From Patescibacteria group bacterium (lineage in GTDB: Bacteria; Patescibacteriota; Saccharimonadia; Saccharimonadales; JAZKJC01), in assembly GCA_040384565.1 (NCBI GenBank), contig JAZKJC010000015.1, forward strand, positions 2,063-66,062: DNA of 64,000 nucleotides, written 5' to 3'. The position numbers and the translations under genes are program-made. Numbering within the stretch: position 1 is the stretch's first letter; the number at the start of each line of letters is the position of its first letter. Positions 10,059 through 20,063 of this stretch are shown in pieces. The notes beneath the pieces were generated by a model. The model searched no databases and was not told the DNA's origin. It saw only the letters and a list, made by a program, of their open reading frames with translations.

Positions 10059-10281
10059 CTTATATATCAGTATAAGGTATATAGCTCATGGTTATCTAGC
10101 CCATAGTTGATAGTATGAGTCTCCATAGACGGAATTACACTGACAACTTATAATAGACAGCCCCAGGAGAGGAATAACTATAGTTAATAGAAATACAGCA
10201 GTTATAGAACAAGACGTAGCAGGCGATATACACGATCCAGCGGAGCAATGGCCGCCAAGCCCAGGGGGATGCCTTGTTGGT

Positions 10282-11340
10282 GTGGATATAGAGCCGTTAG
10301 ATGAGGATTTTGGCGATGATCCGCTGGAAGATCCATACATTGATGAAGATATGTTGGCTGATGATGATTTGGATGCGCCAGATCCCCAACATACCGCAGA
10401 AGCAAGTATGAGAGACGTGGAAAACTATCGTGACGCGGGTTCCGAAGATTTATTAAGGATATATTTAAACGAAGTAGGGCAACATCCTCTTCTTGCTAAA
10501 GCCGACGAGCAAGAACTGGGGGCAAAAATGGTAGCTGGTAGGGAAGCAGCAGAGCAACTTCTAGAACAGAACGGCGCTGACCCAGCCCAGAGACGAGTCT
10601 GGAGGAGGACGGTACTTGGAGCTGAAAGAGCTGAAACCAGATTTGTCCAATGCAATTTGCGGTTAGTAGTATCAATTGCAAAAAGATATCAGGGGACTGG
10701 CTTACCTCTGCTCGATTTAATACAGGAGGGCAATTTTGGATTGATCCAAGCTGTAAGGAAATTTGATCATACCAAAGGCTTTAAATTTTCAACATACGCA
10801 ACCTGGTGGGTTAGGCAAGCAATTCAGCGCGGGGCTGCCAATACTGCCCGCACTATTCGATTGCCCGTTCATGCTGGTGATGTATTGGCCAGAGTCTTAA
10901 AAACTCAAACTCGCTTGGGGCAAGAGCTTGCGCGAACACCTACCCTGGAAGAACTGGCGGCTGAGTTAGAAATATCACGCTCAAAAGTAGCTGAGGTATT
11001 ATCTTCTCCTAGTACCACTAGCTCGCTAAACGACCCGTTGGACTCTGAAGGAAGCGGAGAAGAGCTTGGAAGTTTAATTGAGGATACAGACGCACTTTCC
11101 CCAGTTGATGAAGCAGTTCGTTCAAGCAGACAGGACGAACTTGACACACTACTAAGTAAACTAGATCCTTATGAAAGGGAAGTTTTGCGTTTTCGCTACG
11201 GGCTTGATACAGGCGTACCTCCTACACTGCAAGAAGTAATGGATCGGTTCGGAATTTCACATGACAGGCTTACGAGGATTGAAAACAGGTCACTGGCTGT
11301 GATGAGACAAGCTGCAAAAAAACGTCCTGGCGCTAGGTAA
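10282..11340 (+). CDS. sigma-70 family factor, group 1/2-like paralog
   Basis: [54 protein letters not shown], and 4.2 HTH TLQEVMDRFGISHDRLTRIENRSL. GTG start is uncertain. Confidence 0.85.
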   Translation: MDIEPLDEDFGDDPLEDPYIDEDMLADDDLDAPDPQHTAEASMRDVENYRDAGSEDLLRIYLNEVGQHPLLAKADEQELGAKMVAGREAAEQLLEQNGADPAQRRVWRRTVLGAERAETRFVQCNLRLVVSIAKRYQGTGLPLLDLIQEGNFGLIQAVRKFDHTKGFKFSTYATWWVRQAIQRGAANTARTIRLPVHAGDVLARVLKTQTRLGQELARTPTLEELAAELEISRSKVAEVLSSPSTTSSLNDPLDSEGSGEELGSLIEDTDALSPVDEAVRSSRQDELDTLLSKLDPYEREVLRFRYGLDTGVPPTLQEVMDRFGISHDRLTRIENRSLAVMRQAAKKRPGAR

Positions 11341-11411
11341 CCACCCTGTATATTTAATAGACATAGCTGAGCTCCTATTTTATAATAACTGGCTCAGGAG
11401 AAGTTATTATT

Positions 11412-12563
11412 ATGGTAGCTACGCATAACACGACCCCAGTTATAGCAGGCGATGGCCCAGTCGCAGAGACTTTACCGCCAGAAATAGCGCAAATGCTAGA
11501 AAATGTTGGCGGCGCTGCTATTTGGGGAGCTTCAGAGGCAAGTGCCCCCACCACAGACAATTGCGAGGCTGGTGGTGAAACTGCGATAGTGGCCTCTGAT
11601 TACCAGGGCTCTGTAGCTCCCAACATACCTACTACTAATCGTAATGATAAAGAGATTGATCTTGTGAGGTTATATCTTAACGAGATCGGAAAATATCCGC
11701 TGCTTACCAAGTCAGATGAGCAGCGGTTGGGGCAGAGCATGGAGCAAGCACGTGTCGCAGCCGATACAGTGGCAGCCTCTAGGTCTTTGTCAGCTAAAAA
11801 GAGAGCAGAACTAGAAAAAATTATAGTTGAGGGTAGGGAGGCGTACTTTACTTTAATTCAGTCCAACCTCCGCCTGGTTGTACATGTTGCAAAGAAATTT
11901 AGAAATAGCGGGATGCTGTTGCTTGACTTAATACAGGAAGGCAACCTGGGTCTTATGGGCGCCGCGCAAAAATTTGATCACCACAAAGGATTTAAGTTTT
12001 CTACGTACGCGACCTGGTGGATCCGGCAAGCAATTCAGCGAGGTATAGCCGACAAAGCCCGAAATGTTCGACTACCTGCCCATTCCGTAGACCGGCTGGA
12101 TCAGATTAAAAAAACTCAAGCACGCCTAAGAGAGCAGTTAAACAGAGAGCCAGATATGGAAGAGGTTGCCGAGGAGTTAAAAAATAAGAAAAATGAATTA
12201 AGAGAATTTCTTCAGGCTACTGCCGACACTGTATCAATATTTAACCCTGTCACTTCAGAAGGAGATATGGATATTGCCGACAGAATCGCGGACCCATCCA
12301 ATGATCCAGAGCGACAACCGCCAGATCCTACAATGCCAATGGTTGTAGGGAAGCTCATGACGTTACTAGATGAACGAGAGCAAGAAATTATAAAAAGACG
12401 TTTTGGTTTTGGTGGAGCAGAAGAAACATTACAAGAAATTGCCGACCATTTTCACCTAAGTAGGGAACGCATCCGCCAAATTGAAGCTAGGGCTAAATCT
12501 AAGATGGCTCACCCTTCCGTCGGGATACCGTCTGCATTTATTAATGACTACTTGCGCGAGTGA
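11412..12563 (+). CDS. sigma-70 family factor, group 1/2-like paralog
   Basis: [54 protein letters not shown], and [23 protein letters not shown]. Confidence 0.85.
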   Translation: MVATHNTTPVIAGDGPVAETLPPEIAQMLENVGGAAIWGASEASAPTTDNCEAGGETAIVASDYQGSVAPNIPTTNRNDKEIDLVRLYLNEIGKYPLLTKSDEQRLGQSMEQARVAADTVAASRSLSAKKRAELEKIIVEGREAYFTLIQSNLRLVVHVAKKFRNSGMLLLDLIQEGNLGLMGAAQKFDHHKGFKFSTYATWWIRQAIQRGIADKARNVRLPAHSVDRLDQIKKTQARLREQLNREPDMEEVAEELKNKKNELREFLQATADTVSIFNPVTSEGDMDIADRIADPSNDPERQPPDPTMPMVVGKLMTLLDEREQEIIKRRFGFGGAEETLQEIADHFHLSRERIRQIEARAKSKMAHPSVGIPSAFINDYLRE

Positions 12564-12623
12564 AGTATTAGGGGTGTTTTGCAGCTTGAAACCCTCCCTG
12601 GCTTCTAGAGTATACTGTATCTG

Positions 12624-15275
12624 ATGAGTGAGGTAGTTGAAACTAAGCGCAAGAAGCTGGCGATTATTGATGGCAAGTCGGTCTTTTACCGCGGCTACTA
12701 CGCCATGTCTAATCTGAGCACAAAGGACGGGACGTCTACTGGTGGAGTGTACGGCTTTGCCGTAATGGCTCTGGAAGTTATTAAGCGGCTGAAGCCAGAT
12801 TATGTCTGCGTGGCCTGGGACAAGCCCAAAACCAACATCCGCAAACGTCTGGAGCTTTATCCTGAGTACAAAGCCGGGCGCAAGCCTGCGCCACCAGACT
12901 TTTATGAACAAATTCCACTGCTGCACGAGCTTTTGCAGGCCTTTGGCTGGCCGCTGTATGAACTGGATGATTATGAAGCTGACGACATTATGGGCACACT
13001 AGCTACGCAAGCTACCGCCAAGGACATAGAGACAATGCTCATCACCAGTGATCTAGACATGCTACAGTTGGTGGACCCCCATATACACGTTTACGCGCTC
13101 AAAACAGGCCTCAGTAATATTGAGCTCTACAGTCCCAAAAGTTTTGAAGCCAAGTACGGCATCAAAGCCACCCAGTTCCTGGATATGAAAGCACTCAAAG
13201 GCGATAGTTCGGATAACATCCCAGGTGTGCCCGGAATAGGTGAAAAGGGCGCCCTGGAGCTTCTAAAGGCGCACGAAACACTGGACGGAGTATATGACAA
13301 TCTTGTTTTGATCAAAGATACTACTCGCAAAAAGCTGGAGGCCGGCAAGGACCTAGCATACCTGAGCAAAAAACTGGCCAGCATCTGGATAGACGCGCCA
13401 CTTAAACTGAACCTAGAAGAAGTTGATGGCCGCACCTGTAATCCTGCCGAGATTATGGAAATACTACAAAAGCTGGAGTTCCGGACACTGGCGCGGCAGT
13501 TGCCAACGATTATGCAGGTGCCGGAAGAAGACAAGGAATATGAAATAAGAAATAAGAAATATGGGGGGCTGCAGTCCGGAAAAACAGTGTTGGTTGATAA
13601 CGACAAAGAACTCAGTAAACTGGAGCTGGGTAAAAATGTATACATTCATAGTCGCTCGGCAAGCAAGCATGGGCGCGACCCACTGGTTTTGCTAGTAAGC
13701 CCAGATGGCAAAACCACCTACGCCATTGAGCTTAAAAAAGTCTCCCCAAAATCTCTCTCCTCTCTCCTCTCTCCTCTCTCCTCGGTTGTCGGCTACGACG
13801 TTAAATCAACATTAGAGGTTTTAATAGGCCTAGGCATCCCACTCCCAGCAGTCGAGCACGATGTCCTGGTAGGTGCTTTTTTGCTCAACCCCCTTAGGCG
13901 GGAACAGTCACTATCAGAGCTTGCGACGGCTGACCTTGGCTATGAAAGCAACCTAGAAGATCTAACAACCGAAGAATACATGCACCGTGCCTCTGAGTTA
14001 ATCGCCGTTATCCATGGTCTATACAAACAGCAGTCCAAGGAGCTAACCCATGACTCAAAACTCATGACTCTTGCCTCAAACATAGAGTGGCCAGTAATTT
14101 CTGTACTCGCCCGCATGGAATACGAGGGAATTCAGCTCGATACCAAGTATTTACACATCATGGCAGAGCAGCTCAATGACGCCGTGTCAGACCTCGAACA
14201 ACAAATTTATGGCTATGCTGACCAGGAGTTCAATATCAGCAGCCCATCGCAGCTGGCCGATATTTTGTTCAACAAGCTTAAGCTGCCAGCGGGCAATATC
14301 AAAAAGGGTAAAACCGGTTATTCAACCGCCGCTAGTGAGCTGGTAAAGCTGCATGAAAAACACCCCATTATTGACTTCATCAGCCAGTACCGCGAGGTCA
14401 TGAAGCTCAAGAACACCTATGTAGACACATTGCCGCTGATGGTGGATGAAAACTCACGGCTGCACACCACATTTGCCCTGACGGTGGCTCAGACCGGACG
14501 TCTTAGCTCCAACGATCCAAACCTGCAAAACATTCCTGTTAAAACTGATCTGGGCCGGCAAATCCGCACTGCTTTTGTAGCCGGTTCTGGCAAAATGTTT
14601 GTTAGTGCTGATTATTCGCAGTTTGAGCTCAGAATTGCGGCCTATTTGTCCAAAGACGAACGGCTTATAGATATGTTCAACAGAGACATAGATGTGCACT
14701 TGGCGACTGCCGCTGCGGTCTACGGCCGGGCAGAGGAAGACGTGACCAAAAGCATGCGCCGGGAAGCCAAAGTTATCAATTTTGGAATAATGTACGGCGT
14801 GGGGGCGCACGGCCTGGTTCAGCAAACCAGCATGAACTACGAACAAGCTAAGCATTTCATAGCCAAGTACTTCGAAATCCGCCCTAAGCTTAAAGCCTAT
14901 ATAGATTCCGTCAAAGAACAGGCTCAAACAGAGGGGTACGTAGAAACTATCTTTGGCCGCAGGCGACCAACACCAGACGTAAATTCATCCAACTTTATGG
15001 TCCGAGAATCCGCCATGCGTGCCGCCGTAAACATGCCGTTCCAGGGCAGCGCCGCCGATATAATGAAGTTGGCCATGGTGCGCGTCCAGCAAAAACTGGA
15101 CGGCAGTAAAAGTAATCTATTGCTACAAATCCATGACTCCGTTATAGCCGAATGTCCGGAAGAGGAAGCCGAAAGCGTAGCCCAATTACTCAAAGCAACT
15201 ATGGAAAACGCTCACAAACTCCCCGTAAAACTAACCGTAGACACCAGCATCGGCAAGAATTGGGGCGAACTCTGA
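12624..15275 (+). CDS. polA: DNA polymerase I
   Basis: 5' nuclease (GDSSDNIPGVPGIGEKGA). Pol motifs A (SADYSQFELRIAAYLS), B (RREAKVINFGIMYGV) and C (LLLQIHDSVIAE). The ExoI DxE position reads IHSRSAS, so proofreading is probably absent. Confidence 0.92.
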   Translation: MSEVVETKRKKLAIIDGKSVFYRGYYAMSNLSTKDGTSTGGVYGFAVMALEVIKRLKPDYVCVAWDKPKTNIRKRLELYPEYKAGRKPAPPDFYEQIPLLHELLQAFGWPLYELDDYEADDIMGTLATQATAKDIETMLITSDLDMLQLVDPHIHVYALKTGLSNIELYSPKSFEAKYGIKATQFLDMKALKGDSSDNIPGVPGIGEKGALELLKAHETLDGVYDNLVLIKDTTRKKLEAGKDLAYLSKKLASIWIDAPLKLNLEEVDGRTCNPAEIMEILQKLEFRTLARQLPTIMQVPEEDKEYEIRNKKYGGLQSGKTVLVDNDKELSKLELGKNVYIHSRSASKHGRDPLVLLVSPDGKTTYAIELKKVSPKSLSSLLSPLSSVVGYDVKSTLEVLIGLGIPLPAVEHDVLVGAFLLNPLRREQSLSELATADLGYESNLEDLTTEEYMHRASELIAVIHGLYKQQSKELTHDSKLMTLASNIEWPVISVLARMEYEGIQLDTKYLHIMAEQLNDAVSDLEQQIYGYADQEFNISSPSQLADILFNKLKLPAGNIKKGKTGYSTAASELVKLHEKHPIIDFISQYREVMKLKNTYVDTLPLMVDENSRLHTTFALTVAQTGRLSSNDPNLQNIPVKTDLGRQIRTAFVAGSGKMFVSADYSQFELRIAAYLSKDERLIDMFNRDIDVHLATAAAVYGRAEEDVTKSMRREAKVINFGIMYGVGAHGLVQQTSMNYEQAKHFIAKYFEIRPKLKAYIDSVKEQAQTEGYVETIFGRRRPTPDVNSSNFMVRESAMRAAVNMPFQGSAADIMKLAMVRVQQKLDGSKSNLLLQIHDSVIAECPEEEAESVAQLLKATMENAHKLPVKLTVDTSIGKNWGEL
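13754..13781. repeat. perfect tandem heptamer TCTCTCC x4 inside polA
   Basis: Read directly. Encodes SLSSLLSPLSS. Confidence 0.9.
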
Positions 15276-15829
15276 ATAAAATCATTACCTTTGCAACAAG
15301 TAATAAAGGTAAAATCCTTCAGGCAAATACCTGCTTACAGAAATTTGGCATAACAGTTACACCAGTTGGTCTGGCTGTGCCGGAAATACAGTCACACGAT
15401 TCGCTAAAAATCTCAGAAGCTAAAGCAAAAAGTGCTTACCAGATAATTGGTAAATCGCTGGTGATCTGCGACTTCATGTGGTCCATTAATGCCCTCAATG
15501 GATTCCCCGGTGGTTACATGAAAGATATAGTCCACTGGTTCAAACCTGATGATTTTCTGGCACTAATGCATGGCAAAAAAGACCGAACAATATTGCTTAC
15601 AGAGACAGTCACGTATTATGACGGCTCCATACTAAAGAGTTTCTCATCAGAGTATCCGGGCAACATTACGCAAGACGCAAGGGGTAAAAGCGGAGTTTCG
15701 ATTGACCAGGTAGTAGTTTATGAAAGTCAAAGCGATACAATTGCGGAATGCTTAGATCAGAAAAAGCCTACCAGAGATTTAAGTGAGTCAGCGTGGCAAA
15801 AATTTGGAAACTGGTATGTTAGCAAATAA
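15272..15829 (+). CDS. non-canonical purine NTP pyrophosphatase (RdgB/HAM1-like)
   Basis: IITFATSNKGKILQA N-terminus is typical of the family. There is no ATG near it; candidate starts are CTG 15272, ATC 15281 and ATT 15284. The track's ATG 15152 would overlap polA by 124 nt. Confidence 0.6.
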   Translation: MNKIITFATSNKGKILQANTCLQKFGITVTPVGLAVPEIQSHDSLKISEAKAKSAYQIIGKSLVICDFMWSINALNGFPGGYMKDIVHWFKPDDFLALMHGKKDRTILLTETVTYYDGSILKSFSSEYPGNITQDARGKSGVSIDQVVVYESQSDTIAECLDQKKPTRDLSESAWQKFGNWYVSK

Positions 15830-15906
15830 CTCAGCCAGCTTAAATATAGGAGTGATATTCTTTAACCATTCGTAATAGCTTAAAGTATATTTGCAAGAAA
15901 GGACGT

Positions 15907-16302
15907 GTGAAACATATGGTGAGGCTGGCGGGGTGCGTTATTATCGATGCAAAAGCTAGGTTACTTCTGTTGCACCGCAATACCGCTGCGCATAAACATT
16001 GGGAAATCCCTGGCGGTAAAATAGAAAAAGGCGAGTCTGCAACAGATGCTGCTGTTCGTGAACTTACTGAAGAACTTGGAGTTAAAGTAAAAATTGTTAA
16101 GCGTCTGGGTAGCAAAGACTTTAAAGATGGCGGTAAAAAGTTTGATTATACCTGGTTCAGCGCCGAAATTATCGAGGGCACGCCTACAATTTTGGAGCCA
16201 GAACTATTTGATGACGTACGTTATTTTTCAGGGCAAGAATTGCGGCAAGCTAAAGACCTTTCCATTAATGTCCAAAACTTTCTTGCTATGCTATACCCAT
16301 GA
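15907..16302 (+). CDS. Nudix hydrolase
   Basis: Nudix box GGKIEKGESATDAAVRELTEELG. The start could be ATG 15916. Confidence 0.8.
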   Translation: MKHMVRLAGCVIIDAKARLLLLHRNTAAHKHWEIPGGKIEKGESATDAAVRELTEELGVKVKIVKRLGSKDFKDGGKKFDYTWFSAEIIEGTPTILEPELFDDVRYFSGQELRQAKDLSINVQNFLAMLYP

Positions 16303-16460
16303 TAAGTTGCTTTTCGGTTTTTAGGGTTGATGTTTTATGAGTCAGAAGTTTTTGAAATTTTATCAGCGTACCGGTAGTACGGTTATTAAATTTCGGAAAG
16401 TTCTGGCTATAAAAGGCGAGCTTAAAAGGCCGGAAAGTGGTTTATCATGGGTATAGATAC

Positions 16461-17096
16461 ATGATTCCCGACCAAAAAACAGTATGGAATAACAAACACA
16501 AGAAAGGTGATCACGAATATTTTCGATACCAAACGGAAGAGTTTGCCATACATGTTGAAAAGTTGTTCCCAAGGCTCGCCCAAGTTCTTGATTTGGGTTG
16601 CGGAGTTGGACGAGACGCAATTTATTTTGCAAAACATGATCATACTGTACTTGGGGTGGATTTTTCAGAAGAAATTATTAGGCGAAATCGAGAAATTTTT
16701 CCAGCTCCTAATTTGCAGTTTGCGACACTCGATTTTAGTAAAAAGCTCCCATACTCCTCAACAAGCTATGACGTTGTTTATGCGTACTTGTCCTTACAAT
16801 ATTTTGATGATGTTACGACTCGATCGATAGTATTTGAGATTGCCCGCGTACTTAAATCAGGTGGTTTATTATGCTTTGTATGTAAATCAACTAAAGATCT
16901 ACACTATGGGGATGGAACAGAAATTGAGCCAAATTACTTTGTTTCTACAAAAGGTCGCATTAGAAGATTTTTTACTTCTGAATACACCAAAGACTTATTA
17001 GATGAATCCTTTGAAATTAAGAGCCTGAAGGAAACAAAACGGATATATGAACACCAGATGAGTGATTTTATAGAATGTATGGCAAGGAAAATATGA
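16461..17096 (+). CDS. class I SAM-dependent methyltransferase
   Basis: Motif I VLDLGCGVGRDAIYF. ATG 16461 is preferred over GTG 16437. Confidence 0.75.
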   Translation: MIPDQKTVWNNKHKKGDHEYFRYQTEEFAIHVEKLFPRLAQVLDLGCGVGRDAIYFAKHDHTVLGVDFSEEIIRRNREIFPAPNLQFATLDFSKKLPYSSTSYDVVYAYLSLQYFDDVTTRSIVFEIARVLKSGGLLCFVCKSTKDLHYGDGTEIEPNYFVSTKGRIRRFFTSEYTKDLLDESFEIKSLKETKRIYEHQMSDFIECMARKI

Positions 17097-17515
17097 AAAC
17101 GTTTTACGTGGGAGTTAAGGGTGTAATAGTACAGGACGGCAAAGTCTTGATCCTTAAAAAAGCTGGAGAGGCGGGGATGGACTTTTGGGAAGTGCCGGGT
17201 GGGCGAATTGATGATGACGAAACCATTGAGCAAGCTTTGCTGCGTGAGCTTAGTGAGGAACTTGCCAACATCCAAAATATTGAAATACATGAATTACTGG
17301 ATGCTTACAGGGTGCATAGGGATCTTGAACCTGACATCAGCTTGGTACTGGTGTTTTACCGTGTAACGGCCACATTTAAAGGCGAGCCAGAAATAAGTAA
17401 TGAACATAGTGAGTATAAGTGGGCCACCCAAGACGAAGCCCTCGAATTATTACAAGACAGCACCAAACAAGCTCTGAAGCGGACAATCTCAACAAATTCA
17501 GCCACCATATTGTAA
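17093..17515 (+). CDS. Nudix hydrolase
   Basis: Nudix box PGGRIDDDETIEQALLRELSEEL. ATGA start/stop overlap with the methyltransferase; SD AAGGA. Confidence 0.8.
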   Translation: MKTFYVGVKGVIVQDGKVLILKKAGEAGMDFWEVPGGRIDDDETIEQALLRELSEELANIQNIEIHELLDAYRVHRDLEPDISLVLVFYRVTATFKGEPEISNEHSEYKWATQDEALELLQDSTKQALKRTISTNSATIL

Positions 17516-17559
17516 TCTAGACATATTTGTGGTATTATACCTAAGCTAATAGAGGTTTT

Positions 17560-18141
17560 ATGAGGTATTTAGTCGGCATCTTGGTTGTAATTTTCCTAGC
17601 CATTCTTGGTATAGTTTTGTTGGTTGGTGGCGGTGGGAATAACGATAGCGCCAGCAAGCCCGCTAAACTGAGCAAAACTGCTGACTACGAAAACAGCGAC
17701 GGAGCCAGTATAAGCTGGACGCATCAAGGGCAACTGGTTGGGGATGACAAATATCGCTCAATACGCGTTACCGTGACTCGATCTACCAGAAAAATCGAAA
17801 TCCTAAGTGGTTACCAGGATAGAGTAGAGCGCACTAACGAATACCCCAATACGGCCGCCGCGTTTTCTACGTTTACGCGCGCGCTAGACAACCAGGGTTT
17901 TGGTAAAGAACGCACTGTAAAACAGCCGGATGACAGAGGGATTTGCCCACTGGGTAATCGATTTATCTACCGCTTAACGGATAATAGCCAAGAAATCATG
18001 CGGACTTGGTCAGATACCTGCCTAACCGCAAACGGACCGTTTGGGGGCGGCACAAATGCCGTAGCTACTATTCAGCAGCTTTTTAGGGCGCAAATCCCAG
18101 ACTATTATAACTACACCGCAAACGTCCAGCTCTCTTACTAG
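17560..18141 (+). CDS. hypothetical N-terminally anchored exported protein
   Basis: TM/signal LVGILVVIFLAILGIVLLVGGGG; SD AGAGG. Confidence 0.55.
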   Translation: MRYLVGILVVIFLAILGIVLLVGGGGNNDSASKPAKLSKTADYENSDGASISWTHQGQLVGDDKYRSIRVTVTRSTRKIEILSGYQDRVERTNEYPNTAAAFSTFTRALDNQGFGKERTVKQPDDRGICPLGNRFIYRLTDNSQEIMRTWSDTCLTANGPFGGGTNAVATIQQLFRAQIPDYYNYTANVQLSY

Positions 18142-18188
18142 GTCTGATTCACGCTTACTCGGCATCTACACTCTGCTAAAGTATAGAG

Positions 18189-18758
18189 GTGATAAAAGCG
18201 ATTATATTTGATTGTTTTGGTGTCCTGACAGCAGATAGCTGGCACGAATTCCGTTTGGGTTTGCCGCAAGACCAGCAAGAAGAGGCAAGTGACCTGAACC
18301 ACCAGTATTGCCGAGGCTTGCTTGATAGAAAAAGTTTTATAGATCAAGTTGCAAAGTTGACCAGCAATACCACCAAAGCCATTGAGGATGTTATAGATAA
18401 TGATTACGACAAAAACCACCAACTGCTAAAATATATTGCCGCGCTAAAAAAGAATTATAAAATCGGCCTGCTCAGTAATGTTGCCAGTAACTGGATCAGA
18501 GACCATTTTTTAACACTGGAAGAGCAAAAACTATTTGAGACTTTTGTATTTTCATACCAGACTGGCATGACCAAGCCCGATCCTCATATTTTTGAGCTTG
18601 TGGCTAAGAGATTGGGTGTGGAACTATCTGAAGCCATCATGGTTGATGATATACAGCGCTACGCGGAAGCTGCCAAAGCTACCGGCATGCAAGCTGTCTG
18701 CTACCAGGACTTTGCCCAGTTCAAAGCCGAATTAGATCAAATATTATCTCAGGCGTGA
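18189..18758 (+). CDS. HAD-superfamily hydrolase
   Basis: Motif I IIFDCFGVL; C-terminal MVDDIQ motif. Confidence 0.75.
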   Translation: MIKAIIFDCFGVLTADSWHEFRLGLPQDQQEEASDLNHQYCRGLLDRKSFIDQVAKLTSNTTKAIEDVIDNDYDKNHQLLKYIAALKKNYKIGLLSNVASNWIRDHFLTLEEQKLFETFVFSYQTGMTKPDPHIFELVAKRLGVELSEAIMVDDIQRYAEAAKATGMQAVCYQDFAQFKAELDQILSQA

Positions 18759-18863
18759 TATTTTTGGCGTAACGTTTATGCTTTTTCTCACAGATAGGTG
18801 AAATTATTGACAGTTGGATTTATACTTAAAGTGCAATCAATAAAAATAAAAGAAAGGAACAAA

Positions 18864-19274
18864 ATGCTAACTATGGAAATGCGTGGAAGTTCTTCCATGG
18901 AACTTCCACGTACAGATACTGAAGAAAGTCTAAGATTATTGGCAGAAGCGGAATCCCATAGGCAGTTCAGATTACTGCACGCTCTACTAGAAGCCCATCC
19001 AGGCAGTCAGCCCAGTGATTTATTACGCGTTGTATCCCCGAGAGGGGTATCACCTGAGTTAATTAATTTAGCTGTGTTGGACAGTATGGACTCACATTTC
19101 GATCTTGAACGTCATGAAGGCGCATGGGATCCTGCTGTGCTTAGGGAACTTGAACATCCTACAGATCCTGCAAATCCAGCAAAAGTTCTAGTTTTAGAAG
19201 TTCATACCGGTATACCTCACCTTGTAGAACACATAGGTGTTACGGGAATCGCTGGGCTACAGCTGCCTAGCTAA
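18864..19274 (+). CDS. hypothetical protein
   Basis: ATG 18864 lies after AAAGGAAC. No family recognised. Confidence 0.45.
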   Translation: MLTMEMRGSSSMELPRTDTEESLRLLAEAESHRQFRLLHALLEAHPGSQPSDLLRVVSPRGVSPELINLAVLDSMDSHFDLERHEGAWDPAVLRELEHPTDPANPAKVLVLEVHTGIPHLVEHIGVTGIAGLQLPS

Positions 19275-19509
19275 CAATTCGTAAGACAAGCCGTTTGTCT
19301 GTCTGGCATAACGCCTGCAATTCATGCAGACGCATCCTAATTGCGCCAGCCAGGGAAGCCCCTTTGACGACAATAACAATTTGCCGTGTCTGCACAGTCA
19401 GCTGGCAAGTAGCTTTATAATGCTCCCGCAAAAACTCCCGGATAATAATCAATTCATCCGGCTCATCAAACCGATGTTTCGGCAACAAATTCCCAATAGA
19501 GTCAGCCAT
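19267..19509 (-). CDS. DUF721/DciA-like small protein
   Basis: SIGNLLPK...LTVQTRQIVIVVKGASLAGAIRMRLHELQ matches the recalled DUF721 pattern. ATG 19509 is preferred (extended -10 TGgTACAAT 6 nt upstream). Confidence 0.5.
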   Translation of the reverse strand: MADSIGNLLPKHRFDEPDELIIIREFLREHYKATCQLTVQTRQIVIVVKGASLAGAIRMRLHELQALCQTDKRLVLRIVS

Positions 19510-19515
19510 CCCAAT

Positions 19516-19524
19516 ATTGTACCA
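19516..19524 (-). promoter_or_regulatory. extended -10 (TGgTACAAT) 6 nt upstream of ATG 19509
   Basis: Minus strand reads ..CTGGTACAATATTGGGATG. No good -35. Confidence 0.3.
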
Positions 19525-19648
19525 GCTCCAAAAATACCTCTTTTGATATTTTAATAAGCTTTTTGCTAAAAATAAGCTCAGCATTTTGACTCTTTCATTC
19601 TGCTTTTATATAGTGATTAAGTAATCTGAAATTAAATATTCATTTAAT

Positions 19649-20011
19649 ATGGCGCAAGAAATAAAAAAAGACCAACCAATGTTCTTAATACGTACTAGCG
19701 AAGTAGTTTTAGCTAGGGCAATGGTGGCTCGTTACTGCGGGGAAGAGCATCCTTTGACAGAACGTCTCAAAGACGATGTTACTCATCTAACCGCTGAAAA
19801 TGGAGCCTATGTACCTTGTTTCTCTGGAGGCGACAAGATGCTTCTGAGAGCAGTTTTGCGAGAATGTTTAGAATCGCCTCCAGAATACGAATCAGATTTG
19901 GAAAGGCCACAAGCTGCATTATTATTGAGAATTGACCCATCAATTATAAATAAGGTGCAAGAGCCTACTTCCGAAGTACCAGCACTAAACCTAGTTGCCC
20001 CAAATAGTTAG
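19649..20011 (+). CDS. hypothetical protein
   Basis: 120-aa ORF; no motif recognised. Confidence 0.45.
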   Translation: MAQEIKKDQPMFLIRTSEVVLARAMVARYCGEEHPLTERLKDDVTHLTAENGAYVPCFSGGDKMLLRAVLRECLESPPEYESDLERPQAALLLRIDPSIINKVQEPTSEVPALNLVAPNS

Positions 20012-20063
20012 TTTTGTTCCATAGTTAGCATTCCTAGGTAAATATCTCTACAATAACTTAACT

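Noticed and set aside
15152-15271. ATG 15152 as the start of the RdgB-like gene (ORF track).
   Set aside because: It would overlap polA by 124 nt and add 40 Arg/Lys/Ser-rich residues that look like alternate-frame noise. The family-typical N-terminus begins at about 15278.
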